Assembly (NCBI GenBank): GCA_964016885.1
Contig: OZ024756.1
Span: forward strand, 13,640,001-13,704,000
Direction of reading: 5' to 3'
DNA: 64,000 bases
Source: Eledone cirrhosa
Lineage: Eukaryota
Under the pieces are notes generated by a model. It saw nothing but the letters and a program-made list of their open reading frames with translations. It made no database searches and was not told the origin of the DNA. Both the position numbers and the translations under genes were made by a program. Positions 27,300 to 64,000 of this stretch are shown piece by piece (the stretch's first letter is position 1; every line of letters starts with the position of its first letter).

Positions 27300-28204
27300 C
27301 ATACACATATTTTCCCATTATATCATATACATATTCTCACACGCCTTTCCCTACGCACACTTACACTCACGCACGCACTTACATATATCAAACACATATT
27401 CTAATATGTCTTTCCCTACACACACTTACACTCATGCACACATACACACACACATAACGTTAAAGTTGAACGTCTTTTTCATCCATTTAAATTAAATCTG
27501 TCAACCAAACAACAACTCTTCTTCGATTACTCTTTAAATACCTATACACAGATCCACTCTTGAGAATGGATTTTAAATCCGAAAATATTTGAGATCAATA
27601 AAATTGCTACGGTAAAATGTTATTGTCTTCACTCTTTTCTGAGTCTATAACTCCTATTATCTTAGCACTTTTACTCTTGCACACACTGTTGGGCTTCCAG
27701 ATATTCAAACTTATTAAACATTTTTTATATATATAATCCAGAGAGAGAGAGAGAAAATAGTATAGTTAATAGGAAGCATTATGAGATATGTAGAGTGAAT
27801 ATGGCGGTGAATTGGCAGTATCTGTAGAGGGTTGGACGCCATGTTTTCTAGCATAGATACGTCCCTTTAGAGTCTGAGTTCAAATCCCGCCGAGGTTAAC
27901 TTTGCCTGTCATCCTTAAGGGGTCGATAAAATAAAGTACCAGTAATGCACTGGGTAATTGCTGGCCTTGTGCCTAAAGTAGAAACAATTATGAGATATGT
28001 AGAGTAAAAGAAAGATAAATCTTTAAAAGCCGGTACAATACGGTAGAAAATACTAGGGGCAATTGATGACAATTAAAACCAAACAAAGAAATATTTTAGC
28101 CAGTGTATCTTAAGATAATTGTTTCTACTTTTGGCACAAGGCCAGCAATTATCTCAGTGCATTACTGGTACTTTATTTCATCGACCCCGTAAGGAGTGTA
28201 TCTT

Positions 28205-29070
28205 AATATAATGTTTTAGGACTACTATTCTCTTTTCAGATGCCAAGCTGAAACTGTCCGAGACAAAACAAACGAGCGATCAGGGTTTTCAAAGTTTTCT
28301 TCCCTAACTGGTCTATGTGTTCGAAAAATGTATGCGCATGCACGGAGTTGTTATAGTAACCATCCGCCTTGTGCATTTCTGACCTATTATCTATCTCTAG
28401 TTTTATTCGTCTGATGAAAATAGTTTCCTTAATCCTTAAATTTCCCATATTCCTTTCAGTGGCCTCAATGGTGATTTCAACGTCTTGGTTGCGGCATCTG
28501 TCAAGATGTTTTTTGAACGGATGAGGGTCTCGTTGAGACGTGTTCCTTGATCTGTATGTGTAACCTCCTTCTGGTACTTCCGATGTATGAGGAGCTTCAT
28601 TTTTGCATGAGATCTTATAGACTACATAAACTCTCATGCATCTTATGCGTTGTTGACTGGACAATTAGGAAGTGTGCACATATCTCTGTATATGAGTTGT
28701 ATCTCCTCACTGAAAGCGCCGAATGTGCCAACTGTACATTCAGTCCCTCCCTACGGCTGTTGTAATCTAATTGAAATGTGGCAGCTTTAGGTAGTACATG
28801 TTATCCTTTGGGGCATGTGTCTTCCTTGTTATTTTACGTGCTGCTGCCTTGGCATTTCGATGTTAGATAAGGGAAGTAGGGTGAGAACTCTTCGGAATTC
28901 CACCGTTTTGGTATGTCTGTCGCTACTCTCGCTGCATCTGTTGTTCAGGAGATCTCATTCCGTATGTAGGCCATTTTGGGTCTGTAACGAAGGGCGGAGT
29001 CGTGGTGCACAAAAATGTCTCTGCAGGCATCTTGAGAATTTTTTGTATGCGGAGCCCTCAAACTAGAAAA
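28205..29070 (-). mobile_element. Penelope-like element 3' fragment (GIY-YIG)
   Basis: Minus-strand VVYKISC..KHL..LRIKETIFIRRIK..DN motif. Confidence 0.7.
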
Positions 29071-29200
29071 AGGTGTTGCACATGACGATAGAGAGCAGTT
29101 CGCGATAGAGAGCAGTAAAGAGCCGAAAACAATTGAGGTCGGTAAAGACGATGATGTTGTTTTCTACCGCATTGTACAGGCTTTTAAAAAATTATCGGTC

Positions 29201-29245
<45 letters not shown>

Positions 29246-29844
29246 AATAATAAAATGAAGTGAAGACTAAAATGCGAAGACGGCTAGATAAGGATAATAT
29301 ATATATATAATATATATAAATATATATATATAAAACCGTAGGGCAAATATAATATAATTATTAGAATAACAGATTAAAGTTCAAGCAAAGAATCGCTGCT
29401 TTCAGAAGATCCCGTTAAGGGTGAAAGCAGCGATTCTTTGCTTAAACTTTAATCTCAACTCTACTTTTGAAAAGCAGAAGAACTGCGAAACCGGTAAAGG
29501 GACCAAATAAATATATATATATTTTTTAAAAAGACTCCAGTTGCATTTTCGATTTCATCTTTTCACTCGTGTAGGACACCTCGGTTATTTTTCATTTTGT
29601 AAAAAAAACCTCACTTTCTTATATATATATATAAGAAAGTGACATCCAGAGTTGACATTGTACTCAGTGCTCCTGTGGGAGCCCCTACATGGACACACTG
29701 GAAGAGGAAGACCAAGGTTAACATATGTTGATGCCCTAAGGACAGACACTGGTCTGTTGGAGACGCAGGACATGGCAGCGATAATGAGGGGCAGAGACCG
29801 CTGGAGAGAACTCATCCATGGATCTCGGGAATTTTACCCGCCCT

Positions 29845-29896
<52 letters not shown>

Positions 29897-30021
29897 GAGT
29901 TAAACAAGATTCAATGAGTATATCAAAGAATGAGTTTTACAGTAGATTGGAAGCACTCTACGAAAATAATTTTCCAGAGTTATTAATATTAAAATACAAA
30001 TATTAATAAAATAGATGTTCT

Positions 30022-30242
30022 TTTGATCAATTAAATTTTATTATACATATTTCGGATGTACAACAGTACGTCCTCATCAGACAAAATATAATGATACATG
30101 ACATACCCTGAGATGTTAAATGGTTAAGATTTACTCTTAACCATTTAACGTCTCAGGGTATGTCATGTATCATTATATTTTGTCTGATGAGGACGTACTG
30201 TTGTACATCCGAAATATGTATAATAAAATTTAATTGATCAAA
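30022..30242. mobile_element. 221-bp near-perfect palindrome with a hammerhead ribozyme on each strand
   Basis: 108-bp arms, loop tttac at 30130-30134, one visible mismatch. Confidence 0.88.
30177..30229 (+). ncRNA. Minimal type I hammerhead ribozyme motif (mirror copy 30035-30087 on minus strand)
   Basis: attttgt-CTGATGA-ggacgtac tgtt gtacatcc-GAA-atatgtat-A-ataaaat. Confidence 0.8.
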
Positions 30243-30437
30243 TATATTTATATATATATGTATGTACATATATATATATGTATGTATATATATGTGTGCA
30301 TATATATATATATATATATTTATTAAAATAACAGATTAAAGTTTAAGCAAAGAATCGCTGCTATATATATATATATATATATATATGTACATATATACGA
30401 TATTAATAAATGGAAACTATATTTATAAAACCATATT

Positions 30438-30502
30438 TATTTCATTATACATATTTCAGGGATACCAAATTAAATTATGGTATGCCTTCATCAGACAAAA
30501 TA
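30438..30502 (-). ncRNA. Hammerhead ribozyme motif in a single-arm copy (30397-30583) of the 5680 family
   Basis: Minus strand tattttgt-CTGATGA-aggcatacca/tggtatccct-GAA-atatgtat-A-atgaaata. Confidence 0.8.
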
Positions 30503-30662
30503 CAATATCTAACAGTTTTACAAATATGCTTTGACGTACCCTTTTAAAATGCAACCATTATTTTTGGAAGCCATCTGGATAGTACATATATATATATATA
30601 TGTACATATATATATATCTACATATATATATATATATATTTATATATATATGTATGTATATA

Positions 30663-30719
<57 letters not shown>

Positions 30720-30749
30720 ATAATTTAATTAAATCTTGGTTATTTTATT

Positions 30750-30804
<55 letters not shown>

Positions 30805-31018
30805 ATATATCACTACAACCACTACTACCAATGACCCTTCTCTCTCACTCTCTATGTATTTATACTATATATCCCCCTCTCACCACCACCACAATGTTCA
30901 GTCATGGAGAGACGTTCAATTACCAGTTTACTCCGTTAATGATAACTATTGGATTCTCTACCTGCTCATTTACTTCATTAGATCATTGATATGGTTATTC
31001 TCTCTCTCTCTCTCTCTC

Positions 31019-31102
<84 letters not shown>

Positions 31103-31453
31103 CATTTGTTTTTCCAATCTCTCTTCTCTCCCCCCTCTCACTTCTGCTCCCTCTCTTGCTCTCTATCCCCCCTCTCTCAATCTACTCCCCCCTCCTCCTC
31201 TCTCTGTATCTATATATCTTTCTATTTATCAGTCTACGTATCTATCCTATCTATCTCTCTACTATCTATCTATATATATTATATATATATATATGTATGT
31301 ATATATATATATATGTATATATATATGTATATATATATATGTACATATATATACATATACATATATATACATACTCTTTACTATCTATCTATATATGTGT
31401 ATATATATATATATATATATCTATACATGTATATATGTGTATATATGTATATA

Positions 31454-31500
<47 letters not shown>

Positions 31501-31871
31501 GTATATATATATGTATATATATATGTATATATATATATACATGTATATATATATATATACATACATATATACATATATATATATATGTCTGTCTATCCCA
31601 ATCTATTACAGAATTACTCATTCAGACGGTAGCAGAGGTCAGTTCTTTTCGTTTGTTTCGTCGTCGTCTCGCCGTCCGCCTGACCGTCTTGGTGCTGGTC
31701 TCTGACTGGCCGAAGGTCTGTTGTTTGCTGCTGTGGTCAGACACACGGACATATACAACAGACACACAGCCACACAGACCTTCAAACGTCACCTCCACCA
31801 ACACATTCAACTCGCTTCTTCTACCACAGTTTGCCTCCGTTCTTCTGGGGGCCCCCCCGTCTGTCACTACG

Positions 31872-61434
<29,563 letters not shown>

Positions 61435-61496
61435 ATCAATTTTCTGTCATATAGCAATAAGTTTATATATATATATATATTTCTATACTTTTCATT

Positions 61497-61590
<94 letters not shown>

Positions 61591-62119
61591 TTTAATATGG
61601 TGTTAACCGACCAGAGTTACGCAACCGTCACTTCTCATAACATTGTAATATCCATTACAATCTTATGAACTGACAGATTGGGATGAAACTACCTAATCAC
61701 CCAGCCCAGCTAAACATATATAATGTCTAAATAATAAACTTGTAAACAATTGCATATGGCATTTGCTATATTTTATATATGTATGTATATATATATACAA
61801 GTTAATATAAATTAATATATGATAAACACGTAAGTGTTTGCATTGTAAAAGACGAAGTTAGCTAGAATGAAATAAACTAATTCAAATAAATATAGTTTGC
61901 CTGTATCGATTTAAAATAATAAATCAATAGACACAAACTCATATTGGCAAATAGCCGTGGTACCTGGACAAATTTAAATTTCAAAATCCAAACCTTCTCC
62001 GCAGATCAATCTGAACTTCAAAATCCAAACAGGTTTCGCAAACGATAGTATAAAAAGTGAAATAATCAATTTTCTGTGCTTTTCAACAGGTACCCAGAAA
62101 AATTAGGTTACTTCACCTC

Positions 62120-62187
<68 letters not shown>

Positions 62188-62345
62188 CAAATAAATTATC
62201 GAGAATCGGAACTTCGGCCCACGAAATAACGAAACACAATCTTCGAAATGTATGGCAAAGTGCTCAATAGTTCGGATAAACCAGAGCCATAACTAACGTT
62301 TAATACCAACACACTGAGACGATGCTTAAACAATCATTCGCACAG

Positions 62346-62402
<57 letters not shown>

Positions 62403-62581
62403 GTGTGTGTGTGTAAGATTTAATATAGAAATGGTTTCTACAGGACTAGAAATGTTTCATTCAAAGGAAGAAATCATCAGGAAAGCCTAGTACTGTAGAA
62501 GCCATTTCTTTATTAAATCTTGTATATACTTTGCTATGTGTTGAGTACCTTACTTACTGTGGTGACCCCCGATTGATCCCG

Positions 62582-62716
<135 letters not shown>

Positions 62717-63307
62717 TGAGTGTGTGTGAAAAGACAATGTTGTCTGTGATCGAGAGGAAGCGAGAATGTATTTGAATATATATATAGAAATGAGAAAACT
62801 CATCACTAGGATAGCAATGGGCAAAAATGTCAGAGGGGACCAGTGGTCAACAGAGAGACAATCCACAAGGTGGGTGACAGGTAGATGAAATGTAGAAAAG
62901 ATTGAAAGAGGAGGTGGACAAGAAGTGTGTTGGTGCACAGAAGTGACCGGAAGAGGAAATAAAGAGAGGCGATGTAGAAGACAAGTTTACACACATCTTC
63001 ACCCTCACCAGCTCTCAAACCAGCAAAATGGTACTTTTAGTTAAATCGTGCGAAGATATGTGTGTGTCAACTTGCACATCACTTTTCTTTATTTCCTTCT
63101 CCCAGGTCACTTCTATGCACCAACACACTTCTCCTTGTGTCACAATTATGAGGCCCCGTGTTTGATTCCCCAGTGTGACACCTTAAACTGACTTAGTGTC
63201 TTCTACTGTAATTTCTATTTATGAAACACTTATTTCTTTCGTTGTAATCCAGCTTTGCTTATATTAATCTCTCTCTTTCTTTCTCTCTCTCTCTGTATCG
63301 CACTTTA

Positions 63308-63393
<86 letters not shown>

Positions 63394-63581
63394 CTCTCCC
63401 TCACTCTATCTCGTTTTATTTCACTCTCTCTCACACACTATCCCTTAAGGAAACGATGTGTAGTCGTCCAAAGTTCCAGGTTCCAGTTAAATTTTACAAC
63501 GATTTTATTTAAATTTAATTAAATCTGATTGTGGATAAGGAAAGTTGTCAGATACATAAACTATATATTCTGCTCTACATA

Positions 63582-63648
<67 letters not shown>

Positions 63649-63837
63649 CGGAAGAAATGTGGTAAGGAACCAGGTGGACCATAACGCACCAAAGTACTCA
63701 ATACTTAGGGTATTAGAGTGGGTAATAGGAACGAGTAGGACCCCGACGGCTGAGCTCAAGCCGTTTCGACGGCTAATTCTGAGTCCAGAATTAGCCGTCG
63801 AAACGGCTTGAGCTCAGCCGTCGGGGTCCTACTCGTT

Positions 63838-63884
<47 letters not shown>

Positions 63885-64000
63885 TTTAGTATAAGTTTGG
63901 TAGAAATATCCAAAGGTAAGAGCATACAGTCCATAGGATGAGTTAAGTATAATTAGTTACAACAGTGACATGTGCAGGTACGTAAGTTTTGTTGGGTCAT

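Noticed and set aside
63090-63150. Acceptor-like ttctcccag|gtcac as bestrophin exon 11
   Set aside because: The following sequence is an inverted copy of 62920-62950 repeat-derived DNA and stops within 15 codons; no support without transcripts

Overview
Repeat-dense eukaryotic genomic DNA. It is most likely from a coleoid cephalopod (Octopus-like), inferred from the abundant tRNA-derived SINE and the extreme microsatellite load. One host gene can be reconstructed by hand: a + strand bestrophin (Ca2+-activated anion channel) with 10 coding exons from 31872 to about 61434, about 544 aa. All introns are GT-AG and in phase, and residues 1-367 align without gaps to human BEST1 as recalled. The rest is transposable-element debris and tandem repeats: Tx1/L1-type LINEs, RTE LINEs, R4- and CRE-type RLE fragments, several Penelope-like elements (PLEs), about 20 SINE copies, MITEs and a probable Helitron derivative. 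Most ORFs in the supplied track are microsatellite artefacts. Three observations stand out. (1) Short non-coding fold-back elements carry minimal type I hammerhead ribozymes with palindromic stem III, one per strand at the ends of near-perfect palindromes, with compensatory stem II changes between copies. (2) Two intronic SINEs have their Pol III A-box segment amplified about 38x and 87x. (3) A partial duplication of bestrophin exon 9 creates an in-phase 51-nt exon that could be mutually exclusive with exon 9.
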